A stretch of 23,989 nucleotides of DNA from Candidatus Coprovivens sp. (GCA_051892935.1 JBJFGS010000012.1:1-23989), one strand, 5' to 3'; positions 1 through 9,454 are shown, counted from the stretch's first letter. Numbers and translations are program-made. Notes: generated by a model from the letters alone, not told the origin.

Positions 1-63
1 TATGGGAGTGGTAGTGATGTTATTGTTGTGAGTAATCACATAAATGCGGGAGGTGCTTTTTAG
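1..63 (+). pseudogene. 5' fragment (runs off window) of interrupted N-acetylmuramoyl-L-alanine amidase (Amidase_3)-LysM gene
   Basis: Frame 1 reads YGSGSDVIVVSNHINAGG then AF* (TAG 61-63). SNHINA resembles the Amidase_3 SxHxNA Zn-binding motif. The continuation lies at 14050. Confidence 0.85.
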
Positions 64-83
64 CCATATGTGTAGGTAATTTA
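43..83. other. attL recombination site (core GGTG 52-55, arm TGTGTAG 69-75)
   Basis: Core shared with attR. Arm is the reverse complement of CTACACA at 14028-14034. Confidence 0.8.
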
Positions 84-164
84 GAAACCTCTGTAATTAA
101 AGAAAAAAGATTAATTCCATTATTTGTGTGCTATAATAGTATTTAATTATTTGGAGGTGTTCTA

Positions 165-521
165 ATGTTTAAGTTTGTTCATCTGGTAAGTGCATTGATT
201 AGACAATTTTTATTACCTAATCCATATATAAACTTGTTTAAGGAAGAAGTGTATGCTGATTTATTTAATATAGTAATTGGTGGTTATATTTTACACAAGC
301 TATCATTTTTGCTAACTGGGATGGGATATACAAAAGGAGTAGATGAACCAGTTGAAGGTAGCATAGGTTATTTATTTAGTTATATAGTCCTTACTTTTAT
401 AATAACATTTATTGGAAAAATATTTACTGACATAAGAATAGTAATTGGAATATTTTTAATTATATACATAATACTATGTATTTTGGTAAATAAAATTTTT
501 AACAAGCATAATTATTTTTAA
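165..521 (+). CDS. hypothetical membrane protein (3-4 hydrophobic segments)
   Basis: GGAGGT RBS upstream, TGcTATAAT extended -10 at ~129-137, hydrophobic stretches. Confidence 0.75.
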   Translation: MFKFVHLVSALIRQFLLPNPYINLFKEEVYADLFNIVIGGYILHKLSFLLTGMGYTKGVDEPVEGSIGYLFSYIVLTFIITFIGKIFTDIRIVIGIFLIIYIILCILVNKIFNKHNYF

Positions 522-622
522 CAATTTAGTAAGAATAGCAGACAAATTATAAAAAAAAGTGCTATACTTATAATAGTAATTGATACTATTATTATAGTAT
601 CTTTTTTGTTAGGAGAAATTAT

Positions 623-1348
623 ATGTCCAGTATAAAAATAAAATTTGATTCGAGAAAACTACAAAGAGATTTGGAAAAAAATCTTAATAAAACAATACAA
701 AAAGAGAATGAAAGAATAATGATTAAAAAAATTGTATCAGAAAGAGGTGAAAATATGAAATTGTTAAATGATACAGAAAAAGAACTTCTAAAATTAATTT
801 TAGAAAGTAATCATGATGGCTATACATATAGTGGAACCATTGAAGAATTTCCAGAATATATCACAAATCAAATAAAAAAATTATTTGCAATCTTAGAGGA
901 GTGTGGGTATGCTGCAAAAACATATTGTTGGATAGGTGGTAGTTGGCAAGTAATTTTAACACCGCTAGGAGTAAATTATTTTGATAAAGAGGAGGAATAT
1001 AAAAAAGTGAATGAAAAGAGTAACATAAATATTCAAACTTTTAATGCAAATGGTAGTAATATAAATTTTGGAACAGTGTATGACTCAAATTTTAATATTG
1101 ATAATACATTTCAAAGATTAGAAGAAACAATTAAAGAAAAAGCTAAAGATGAAGATAAAGAAGAACTAATGAATATAATACAAGAAGTAAAAGATTATAT
1201 AGATAATATAAATGAATCTAAAGTAATTAGTAAAAACACAGGTTTATTTAAAAGAATAGGAAAACATATTCAAAATTATCAATGGTTTTATCAAACAGTG
1301 GTAACAGTAATAGGTAATTCAATAATGAAGATTATGAGCGGAAATTAA
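623..1348 (+). CDS. hypothetical protein, possible winged-helix-like middle domain and Asn-rich/helical C-terminus
   Basis: 241 aa ORF with AGGAG RBS, followed by a terminator. The ILTPLGVNY motif suggests a wHTH wing (inference). Confidence 0.7.
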   Translation: MSSIKIKFDSRKLQRDLEKNLNKTIQKENERIMIKKIVSERGENMKLLNDTEKELLKLILESNHDGYTYSGTIEEFPEYITNQIKKLFAILEECGYAAKTYCWIGGSWQVILTPLGVNYFDKEEEYKKVNEKSNINIQTFNANGSNINFGTVYDSNFNIDNTFQRLEETIKEKAKDEDKEELMNIIQEVKDYIDNINESKVISKNTGLFKRIGKHIQNYQWFYQTVVTVIGNSIMKIMSGN

Positions 1349-1367
1349 TTTAAATAATCCCCCTGAA

Positions 1368-1394
1368 GAGACGCTACGGCGTCTCATTTTGTTT
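1368..1394 (+). terminator. rho-independent terminator
   Basis: GAGACGC-TACG-GCGTCTC hairpin followed by a T-rich tract. Confidence 0.75.
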
Positions 1395-1538
1395 GTTTAT
1401 TAGGATTCTAGACTTTTTATTTTTTGATTAGTTGGTAATTTATAAAAAATTAAAAGAAAAATAAGGTAAAGTACTAAAGAAAATATAGAAAATATGGTAT
1501 AATTAAAACTGTAATGAAAAGTATCTTTGGAGGTAATT

Positions 1539-2645
1539 ATGTTAGAAAAAGAAGTTCATCAAATTTTAATAGATAATTCTGATATGCAAAGAGATTTGGC
1601 AAATATACTTAATATAGATTTTGATACTATGGAATTGGTACACGAGGATCAATATATAAATTTAATGTATGCTGATTTTACTGTTTATTCTAATAACAAA
1701 ATTAGAGCTATAGTTGAAGTAAAAGGTGGAAATATAAATGTTACAGATTATGTTAGAGGTATAGGTCAATTATATGAATATGAGTACTATAAAGAAAATA
1801 ACGTTCCTCATTTGGGACATGAGTATTGTGAAGAATTTAATGTAGTATACTTATTTCCTGCGAGTATTCTTCAAAATAATCAGTTTAATATTGGTACATT
1901 TAAATATCCTGAATCATCAATTTTAATCGAAATGAATACACATGATAAAGTAATTAGAAAAATCACAAAAAGAGAATTAGAGCATTTCGCTGCTGCTCAG
2001 CGAACTAATTTAGTAAGTATATCACAATATTATGTAAGGGATAATAGATTGTTTGAGTTTTATTTATTATTACAATATTTAATGTTTTTAAAAGTTATAG
2101 GAAAAGAAAATAGCAATAGACGAGAAATAGAAAATAATTTTTTAACTAAATTAAATGTTCCTAATAATGGGAATTGGAGAAATGCTTTTATAAGTTTATC
2201 ATCATTAGGTTTTATTAATGATAATAATTCATTAACTCAAGCTGGTGTTACTATGGCATTATTATCGTACGAATCTTTTGTCGTAAAAATGTATAACGCA
2301 TATATTAAACCATATATAAGAGAGTTTTATAATGTGTTTAATAAATATGGAAGTGAATTTGATTTATCAAATCAAGATATAAAAGAATTGATTTCTAAAA
2401 ATTGGTCAAATAAAGATATTTTATTCTTAACTGAATCGAATGGTAGATATATTTCAAGTTGGTTAAATTTGATGAGGGATGATTTTGGAATGATAAGTTT
2501 TGAAAGCAGAAATAATCATAGGAAAATCATTTATAATCCTCTAATTCTTAATGATACTGAATTAGAAAGATTAATAAAGGAAAATAGTATTGCTTATAGA
2601 TATTTGGAAAAATACTATGATATATTATTAGAGGAGGGAGTATAA
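1539..2645 (+). CDS. putative type II restriction endonuclease (PD-(D/E)xK)
   Basis: YADF...IVEVKG nuclease motif, directly upstream of a C5 MTase (1 bp gap). GGAGGT RBS favours ATG 1539 over TTG 1527. Confidence 0.7.
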   Translation: MLEKEVHQILIDNSDMQRDLANILNIDFDTMELVHEDQYINLMYADFTVYSNNKIRAIVEVKGGNINVTDYVRGIGQLYEYEYYKENNVPHLGHEYCEEFNVVYLFPASILQNNQFNIGTFKYPESSILIEMNTHDKVIRKITKRELEHFAAAQRTNLVSISQYYVRDNRLFEFYLLLQYLMFLKVIGKENSNRREIENNFLTKLNVPNNGNWRNAFISLSSLGFINDNNSLTQAGVTMALLSYESFVVKMYNAYIKPYIREFYNVFNKYGSEFDLSNQDIKELISKNWSNKDILFLTESNGRYISSWLNLMRDDFGMISFESRNNHRKIIYNPLILNDTELERLIKENSIAYRYLEKYYDILLEEGV

Positions 2646-2646
2646 A

Positions 2647-3870
2647 ATGTATACAATTATTGAAACGTTTGTAGGAGCAGGTGGCTCTCACTTAGGTTTT
2701 AAAAATAATGGTTTTATCTCGAAATATGTTAATGATGTAGAAGATAATTGTTTGAAAACTCTTCTTTATAATAATCCTGAAATAGAAAAAACAGCTTATG
2801 TAGATAATTCAGATATTATGGAAATAGATGAAAATACAATATTAGATAAAATTAAAATGAAGCAAGGTGAAGCTGATGTCATGTTTGGCGGAATTGTTTG
2901 TAAAGGATTTAGTTTGGCAGGAGAACGCTCTCCTAATGATCCACGTAATTATTTTTACAGAAAACAATTAAAGTTAGTTGATAAAATAAAACCAAAAGTA
3001 AGTGTTATAGAAAATGTTCCCGGTATTTTAACAGCAAATGTTTTAGCATATGATGTGCCTGAAACAATAAAAAAAGAAGTGGATGACTTGTGGAAAAAAT
3101 TAGAAAATTATAAAGGTAAAAAGGCTAATTTAAGAAAGGTAAATTCGATATCTAAAGAAACAGAAGATGAGGGTAAAAATTTACGTAATGCTAAAGATGA
3201 AATGATTAAAAAATTAGAAGATAATAATTATTTAATTTCTGTTTTTGAAGATATAAAAAAAATATATGAAAAAATAGGTTACAAGGTATATTGCAAAGTT
3301 CTAAATTCTGCTTGGTATGGTTCATCAACAAAGAGAGATAGAACAATAATAGTAGCTGTCAGAAATGATATTAATATAGAATTTAAATATCCTGAACAAA
3401 TTTATGGAATAGGAAGCAAAAAATTTAAAACAGTAAATGACGCTTTAGCTTTAATAGATTATACTAAAGATGATCCTGATAATGTTCCTATGTCACATAA
3501 TGATAAAACAGTTGAAAGATTTAAATATATACCTGAAGGGGATACTATAGCTAACCATATTGATGAACTTCCTGATGAATTAAAAATTAGTAAATTTTAT
3601 TCTAGAGGAAGTACTATGAGATTAGCTGGGAATTTACCGAGCCCTACATTAGTACCAGGACACAGCAATTTTCCTGTTCACCCTAAAGAAAATAGATGTA
3701 TAACAGTCAGAGAAGCAGCATGTATAACAGGTTTTCCTGTGGATTATAAATTTTTTGGTAATCATAGTAAACGTTGTGAAGAAGTTGGAAATGCTGTTCC
3801 AATACATTTATCTACAGCAGTAGCTAAACAAGTAAAAGAGTTACTAGATAAATATTATAAATGCAATTAA
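2647..3870 (+). CDS. DNA (cytosine-5) methyltransferase
   Basis: Motif I FVGAGG, motif IV GGIVCKGFS, motif VI ENV, motif IX ITVREAACITGFP, motif X VGNAVP. Confidence 0.92.
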   Translation: MYTIIETFVGAGGSHLGFKNNGFISKYVNDVEDNCLKTLLYNNPEIEKTAYVDNSDIMEIDENTILDKIKMKQGEADVMFGGIVCKGFSLAGERSPNDPRNYFYRKQLKLVDKIKPKVSVIENVPGILTANVLAYDVPETIKKEVDDLWKKLENYKGKKANLRKVNSISKETEDEGKNLRNAKDEMIKKLEDNNYLISVFEDIKKIYEKIGYKVYCKVLNSAWYGSSTKRDRTIIVAVRNDINIEFKYPEQIYGIGSKKFKTVNDALALIDYTKDDPDNVPMSHNDKTVERFKYIPEGDTIANHIDELPDELKISKFYSRGSTMRLAGNLPSPTLVPGHSNFPVHPKENRCITVREAACITGFPVDYKFFGNHSKRCEEVGNAVPIHLSTAVAKQVKELLDKYYKCN

Positions 3871-4054
3871 AGAGGCAATAATACTTCTTTTTTTGTGGGT
3901 GTTAAATTGTGAATAATATTTATAGTGGTGTTTGATTGTTTTTGTTATAAACGTTTGTTAGAGTTGTTTAAAATGTGTTTAAAAATTATGTTTGTTTGAG
4001 GAGTTTTATTTATTTTTATTATGTGGTTAATTAAGATAAAGGAGGTAAAAATAA

Positions 4055-4369
4055 ATGAAGCATAAAAGTAAATATGATATAGGAAAACGTGCAATTGTAG
4101 TATTATCATCTAAAGTTGAAGAATATTTAAAAGAATTAAGTAAAAATTGTTTTTTAACTAATTTTCCTAAAGATTTTATAGATTTATTAAATGATGATTA
4201 TGATGCTTGTATTAATTGCATAAATTTTTCACCAGCACTATATTTTTATTTGAACAATGAATTTAAGAAAGATAAATATATAATTAAACTTACAAGGAAA
4301 GCTTATAAAAAATTTAATAAAGTAAATGAATTATATTTTAAGAATAATAAACTTCATTTAAAAAAATAA
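4055..4369 (+). CDS. hypothetical protein
   Basis: 104 aa ORF with strong AAGGAGGT RBS. Confidence 0.7.
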   Translation: MKHKSKYDIGKRAIVVLSSKVEEYLKELSKNCFLTNFPKDFIDLLNDDYDACINCINFSPALYFYLNNEFKKDKYIIKLTRKAYKKFNKVNELYFKNNKLHLKK

Positions 4370-4529
4370 AACAGTTGCATAATAATTCAAGTTGTGTTTA
4401 ATTATAATTACAAACAATTGATTTGAAACAAAAAAGAATATTATACTAGTAAATAAATCAATATGAAATACAGGATGATTTAAAAAATTGTCCTTTTTTG
4501 TGATATAATTTTAGAGAGGATGTGAAACG

Positions 4530-4757
4530 ATGCAAAGAGAGTATAAAATCAAATGTAAGTTGTGTGGAGATATACTCTAAGCACGAGTTCCAACTAAAGA
4601 TGAAATTATATGCTCATGTGGAAATATATCAATATATAGTGATTATATAGCATATGGGAAGATTAAACATTTATCAGCAGAAGAAAGTTATGAGAATTTA
4701 TCTAAACCTATTTCAAGAGAAGAATTAGAAGATTATTTTAAAGAAGTAGACAAATAA
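4530..4757 (+). pseudogene. small Zn-ribbon protein with in-frame stop
   Basis: MQREYKIKCKLCGDIL*ARVPTKDEIICSCGNISI...VDK*. TAA at 4578-4580 lies between CxxC and CxC. GAGAGG RBS upstream, terminator after. Confidence 0.65.
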
Positions 4758-4773
4758 ATATAAACATATAAAT

Positions 4774-4808
4774 GAAGGATTATCTTGATGAGAGATAGTT
4801 CTTTTTTT
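4774..4808 (+). terminator. rho-independent terminator
   Basis: AGGATTATCT...AGATAGTTCT stem (with G-U pairs) plus T7. Confidence 0.55.
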
Positions 4809-4893
4809 GTTTAATTTTTTATAAAAATTGTTATAGTCTGGTATTTATTTTTAATTTTGTTACAATTTTACAACAAGGTAGGGAGGTGAAAAT

Positions 4894-5241
4894 ATGTTAA
4901 ATCAATTAGTTATAGTAGGAAGAATTGCTAAAGATATTGAATTAAAGGAATCTGAAAATGGTAAAAAGTATACAAATATGATATTAGCAATACCAAGAAC
5001 GTTTAAAAATGTAAATGGTGAGTATGATACAGATTTTCTTACAGTAACATTATTTGAAGGAATTGCTGAAAATACAGCACAATATTGTAAACCAGGTGAT
5101 TTAATAGGTATTAAAGGACGTATACAAAATAGACCATATAGTGGAAGCGATGAAAATATTAAATACTTAATGGAAATCGTTGCAGAAAAAGTAACTTTTT
5201 TGAGTTCTAAAAAGGAAGATGAAAATGGACAAGATTTATAA
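4894..5241 (+). CDS. ssb: single-stranded DNA-binding protein (short, SsbB-like)
   Basis: MLNQLVIVGRI...DTDF...AQYCKPGDLIGIKGRIQNR OB-fold signature. No long acidic PF tail. Confidence 0.93.
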   Translation: MLNQLVIVGRIAKDIELKESENGKKYTNMILAIPRTFKNVNGEYDTDFLTVTLFEGIAENTAQYCKPGDLIGIKGRIQNRPYSGSDENIKYLMEIVAEKVTFLSSKKEDENGQDL

Positions 5242-5468
5242 AATTCAAAAAACAAATTACTTTAAACGTAATAGGAGTTTTAAAAAGCAAGAATGTAAAA
5301 GAACAAGACTATGTTGAGTATCTACAACAAAGAACTTCTTTAAATAAAAGAAGAATAAAGAATTTATTGGATATAAATGTTAAGAAAAGAATGACTTTAA
5401 AAGAGATTGAAGTAATAGCAATAGGATTAAACGTAGATATTGGTATTTTATTCAATGGTGTTTTATAA
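5225..5468 (+). pseudogene. frameshifted XRE/Cro-like helix-turn-helix protein
   Basis: ATG 5225 with AAGGAAG RBS. Removing one A from the run at 5247-5252 gives MDKIYKIQKQITLNVIGVLK...RMTLKEIEVIAIGLNVDIGILFNGVL*, an XRE-like C-terminus. Confidence 0.6.
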
Positions 5469-5591
5469 AGTGGTTACAAAAAAATTAAAGTGGTGGGTTG
5501 GTTGTTAAAAAGATATTTAAGTTGTTAGAAATCATTTATTTGCATTTAATAAAGTAATTAATAATTGTAATTACAAAAAAAGGAGTTAAAT

Positions 5592-6173
5592 ATGAGTAAT
5601 AAAAATATAAAGAATAGTAATAGAAAAGAACAAAAGAAAGAAAAACTAAAAGTATCTTCAATTGATTTACATGAAAAAAGAATAATATATTTAGATGGTG
5701 ATATAGATGATGAAGTCGCTCATGAGACTGTAGAATTACTGCTTAAGATGGATATGGTGAATAATAAAGATATAACTATGTATATAAATAGTCCTGGAGG
5801 AAGTATTAGTGCAGGATTTTGTATATATGATGCTATGAATTTAATCAAGAGTGATGTAAGAACAATTTGTATTGGCAGAGCAGCAAGTATGGGATGTATT
5901 TTACTTATCAATGGAGCTAAGGGTAAAAGATATTGTACAAAACATAGTGAAGTAATGTTACATGAAGTTTCTGGTGGAGCTTTCGGAACTGTTAGTGAAG
6001 TTTCTAATCATTTAGAGCACTCCAAAGATTTAAATAAAAAATTAAGGAAAATAATAGTTTCAAAAACAAAGTTTAGTTGGAATGAATTGAAAAAAGATAC
6101 TACACATAAGGATCATTGGTACACTGCTGATGAGTGTTTGAGTAAAGGTATAGTAGATAAAATATTAACATAG
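5592..6173 (+). CDS. clpP: ATP-dependent Clp protease proteolytic subunit (element-borne paralog)
   Basis: RIIYLDG, YINSPGGS, AASMG (catalytic Ser), MLHE (His), KDHW (Asp). Confidence 0.92.
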   Translation: MSNKNIKNSNRKEQKKEKLKVSSIDLHEKRIIYLDGDIDDEVAHETVELLLKMDMVNNKDITMYINSPGGSISAGFCIYDAMNLIKSDVRTICIGRAASMGCILLINGAKGKRYCTKHSEVMLHEVSGGAFGTVSEVSNHLEHSKDLNKKLRKIIVSKTKFSWNELKKDTTHKDHWYTADECLSKGIVDKILT

Positions 6174-6356
6174 AAAAATGGCACATTATATTGTGCCTTA
6201 AATTATTTTTTATATGTTCAAAGAAACAATTGTTATTTTTCATTTAATTTTATAAAAGAATAGTGCCTAAATAGTGTGTAAAATGAGCAATAAAGTATGA
6301 GGTTTGTTCAACTTACCCAAATTAGTGTTTCTTTGGTATTTAAGGAGGTGGTAAAA

Positions 6357-6984
6357 ATGAGGTTCTCTTATCAAAGAGTAAGTACTGCAGATAAGCAATC
6401 CTTGCTTTGAATCTGCGGCAAGAAAAATTTGCAAGAGATAATGGTATTCCAAGAGAAAATTGGTATCAAGAAAAAGCGAGTGGTGCTAAAAATGATAGAA
6501 TTGAATTAAACCGATTGTTATCAGTATTAAAAGAAAATGATGAATTATACGTAATAGATGCCTCAAGACTCTGACTAGGAGTATGAAATTTTTACTGGAA
6601 CTATTAGATTTTGCTAAAGAAAAGAAAATTAAATTAGTTATGGGAGATTTTATATTAGATTGTACTGGAACGTTATCAGTATTAACTCAAGGACAGATTA
6701 TGATGTTAGGATTGTTAAATGAGATGCAAAGGCTTATGATAGTTGAAGCTGTTAATGAAGGACTTGCAGCAGCAAGAGAAAAAAATGGTGGAGTAAATCC
6801 TGGAGGACAACCTAAATTAACAAAAGAAAGATTGTACGCTAAAAATCCAGATTTTTTTAAATATTATGCGATGTATAAAAACAATCAAATTTCAATGATA
6901 GAATTGGCTAGGCTTTGTCAGATTAGTAGAAATACAGCATATTCTTATTGTAAATTAATAGAAAAAACTAAAAATGAATTTTAG
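6357..6984 (+). pseudogene. small serine resolvase/invertase, two frameshifts
   Basis: AAGGAGGT RBS and MRFSYQRVSTADKQ (catalytic Ser motif). Shift near 6405-6412, then LRQEK...EKASGAKNDRIELNRLL...IDASRL. Shift near 6569-6572, then TRSMKF...GLAAAR...GGQP and a C-terminal HTH. Confidence 0.85.
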
Positions 6985-7880
6985 TCTTTTTTCTTTTGAA
7001 AATAATATTTTTTTCTTGTCTGTTTTCCTTTAGAACTATGTTCATAGTTATTGTCTCTTATTTTTTTGGGAATATGATAATGTATACAAGTTGGACAATA
7101 TTTTTGATTACCACGTGGTTGAAATAGTGTTCCACAATTAGGACAAGAAGTGTATTTTGAATTAATTTTACTATTAATAATTCTGTTCAATAATGCATAA
7201 TAAGTTATTCCTATAATACTATCTGAACTTTTATATATATAATATTTTGGTATTGAATAATTAAATAAGACAAATAATTCTTCTTTCACTAACGAGTAAG
7301 GCTGATTATATAATTTATAAATGTAAATTATTAAAGCATTTCTTAATAATAAACAAAATGCATCCTTATTTTCTTCTGTCAGTTCGTAGTTCTTTAATAA
7401 AATTAAAAATTCATCATATGTAAGTACTTTGTTGTCTATAAAGTATGAATTATTCATGACAATACTAAATAATTCTAATTTATCAGTTAGCTCTTTTAGT
7501 TTAATTATATGCTGGTAGTTTATATTTTTATTTTTCTCTATCAGTTTACATAAATTAGCTATATTGTAAACTGAGAAAATATTTATTAAATCATTTTTAG
7601 TTCTTTCTAAGATTACATTTATAGGATATAGATTAATTGCTTCAACATTATAAATGATATAATTTTTGTCTATCCAATTCTTAATAATTGTAATATCTTG
7701 CTGACTATTTTTATAAACTTTTTCAGCTAAAATATAGAGTTCATCAAATATAGCATTTGAATTCACAAGAAAGGGTCCTTGCTCTATAATGTGATTATTA
7801 TTTTGTAGTTTTAATAAATTTTTAATTGCAATGTTATTATTTTTATACAAGTTTTTTTCGTTGAATTTTGTAATTTTCAT
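6981..7880 (-). CDS. hypothetical protein with C-terminal C4 zinc finger and basic tail
   Basis: 299 aa with CPNCG...YCPTC. GAGGT RBS on the minus strand. Divergent from the 7991 operon. Confidence 0.75.
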   Translation of the reverse strand: MKITKFNEKNLYKNNNIAIKNLLKLQNNNHIIEQGPFLVNSNAIFDELYILAEKVYKNSQQDITIIKNWIDKNYIIYNVEAINLYPINVILERTKNDLINIFSVYNIANLCKLIEKNKNINYQHIIKLKELTDKLELFSIVMNNSYFIDNKVLTYDEFLILLKNYELTEENKDAFCLLLRNALIIYIYKLYNQPYSLVKEELFVLFNYSIPKYYIYKSSDSIIGITYYALLNRIINSKINSKYTSCPNCGTLFQPRGNQKYCPTCIHYHIPKKIRDNNYEHSSKGKQTRKKYYFQKKKD

Positions 7881-7990
7881 TTAATTTTTACCTCTTTAAA
7901 TTTACGCTTATTTACGACGTTTTAATTATACGATAAAACAAATTAAAATGCAAATTATATGGTACATTATTAATGAAAGGAGGAATTTTC

Positions 7991-8221
7991 ATGTCAATTA
8001 CAATAGATGAAGCTAAAGATATTGTGAATGATATTTTGAGGATGTTCCCTAAAATTCACTTCACATCTTTGGAAAAGGCCGATTTAGTGCTATTAGTAGT
8101 AAAAACAGCACCTAATTGCATAAAAACAGAAAGCTTTGATAATTTTATTCGTTCTACGATTTTTAATAATATCGAAGCAAAATTAAAAGACTGTATTGTC
8201 AAAGAACTAGAAGGAGAGTAA
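7991..8221 (+). CDS. hypothetical protein
   Basis: AAAGGAGG RBS favours ATG 7991. First gene of a tightly packed 3-gene unit. Confidence 0.7.
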   Translation: MSITIDEAKDIVNDILRMFPKIHFTSLEKADLVLLVVKTAPNCIKTESFDNFIRSTIFNNIEAKLKDCIVKELEGE

Positions 8222-8223
8222 AT

Positions 8224-8427
8224 ATGGTTTATCATAAGTGTTGTTCTTGTGGCAAGAAAATGCAACGTAGATATAAAACATGTGAAAATTGTTATGAGAA
8301 TTACAAAAAAGGTATTACATATGTCGAATGTTCAGAATGTGGTTGGCCATTTAAAAAACCAAGTATATACGGTATGTGTTATTTATGTTACAAAAAGGTG
8401 TTAAATGCCGAAAAAAGTGGATTGTAA
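8224..8427 (+). CDS. small double zinc-ribbon protein
   Basis: CSCG..CENC..CSECG..CYLC. AGGAG RBS. Overlaps the start of the recA-like gene. Confidence 0.7.
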   Translation: MVYHKCCSCGKKMQRRYKTCENCYENYKKGITYVECSECGWPFKKPSIYGMCYLCYKKVLNAEKSGL

Positions 8428-9454
8428 TTTAAAATTATCAGATTTAAAATCTTCTAAATTAAGTAATGAAAGAATAAAGACAGATATTGTTCCTTTTGAT
8501 TCAATAATAAATGGTGGTTTTGAAACAACAGGGACTATAGTACAAATAATATCTTCATCAGGGTTAGGTAAAAGTTCAATAACTTGTCAAATCTGTTTAG
8601 CTTTATGTAATAAGGAATTTAATATATTGTATATTGATACTGAAGGTTCTGTTGGATTAGATTTATTATCATCTGTAGGATTAATTGACTATTTGGATAA
8701 TCATTTCTTTTATATTAGAGAATCATCTTTTAGTAAGGTAGAACAAGTTATGGATCAATTTATATCAACAAATGAAATTCAGTTTATAGTAATTGATTCA
8801 TTGGCAAATCTTATGCATGATGGTTTTGATGATTTATCTTTAAATAAAAACAAACCTATAAAAGATGAAAATAAAAAAGAGAAAAATGGGGCTATATCAA
8901 TAACAACAAATAATTCAAATTACAATAGTCGGCAACTAACTTTATTCTTAAATAAGTATTCCATGATATCTAAAGAGAAAAAGATTAGTATGATTTATAT
9001 TAATCAATTTAGAACAAGAATAACTAATTTATTTAATTATGCCGAAGAAAAAATTGGTGGTTCAAAAAACGTAAAATATAATTCAGATATTATTATAAAA
9101 ATATCTAATACTATTTCTACAGAAAACAAAGATTTTAAAACCTTTGTGAATAAAGAATCAGAAGATAAAATCGGAAGAGATTTGGAATTTGAAATAATTA
9201 AAAGTAATCAATCACGGCCAGGACGTAAAATACCATTTAGATTAATATTTGGTAAAGGAATAAGTAATAAGTATTGTGGTTTTTATGCTTTGTATAAGCT
9301 CGGACTTATAACTAAAAGTAGTTCTACATACTATTACACTAAAAATGGTTCACAAAAAAAATACTCAGGTAAAGATGATTTGCTTGCAAAATATGAGGAT
9401 TGGTATGATGCTTCTTATGAAGAAATTACTAATTTTTATAATAACATAAAATAG
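8405..9454 (+). CDS. divergent RecA-family ATPase
   Basis: Walker A SSSGLGKSS, YIDTEG, Walker B VIDSLA, INQFR, GGSKNVKY, IFGKGIS and a RecA-like C-terminal region. Confidence 0.85.
   Translation: MPKKVDCNLKLSDLKSSKLSNERIKTDIVPFDSIINGGFETTGTIVQIISSSGLGKSSITCQICLALCNKEFNILYIDTEGSVGLDLLSSVGLIDYLDNHFFYIRESSFSKVEQVMDQFISTNEIQFIVIDSLANLMHDGFDDLSLNKNKPIKDENKKEKNGAISITTNNSNYNSRQLTLFLNKYSMISKEKKISMIYINQFRTRITNLFNYAEEKIGGSKNVKYNSDIIIKISNTISTENKDFKTFVNKESEDKIGRDLEFEIIKSNQSRPGRKIPFRLIFGKGISNKYCGFYALYKLGLITKSSSTYYYTKNGSQKKYSGKDDLLAKYEDWYDASYEEITNFYNNIK

Noticed and set aside
4902-5255. Minus-strand 117-aa ORF, and similar shadow ORFs at 5720, 6267, 8056, 10150, 10794, 11845, 17253, 18318, 21382, 22743
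   Set aside because: They overlap better-supported genes or IS ends and show no recognisable motifs.
6408-6574. TGA read-through or genetic code 4 suggested by TGAs in the resolvase
   Set aside because: Both TGAs coincide with frame changes. The long genes have no internal TGA, use TGG for Trp, and TGA ends the LysM gene.
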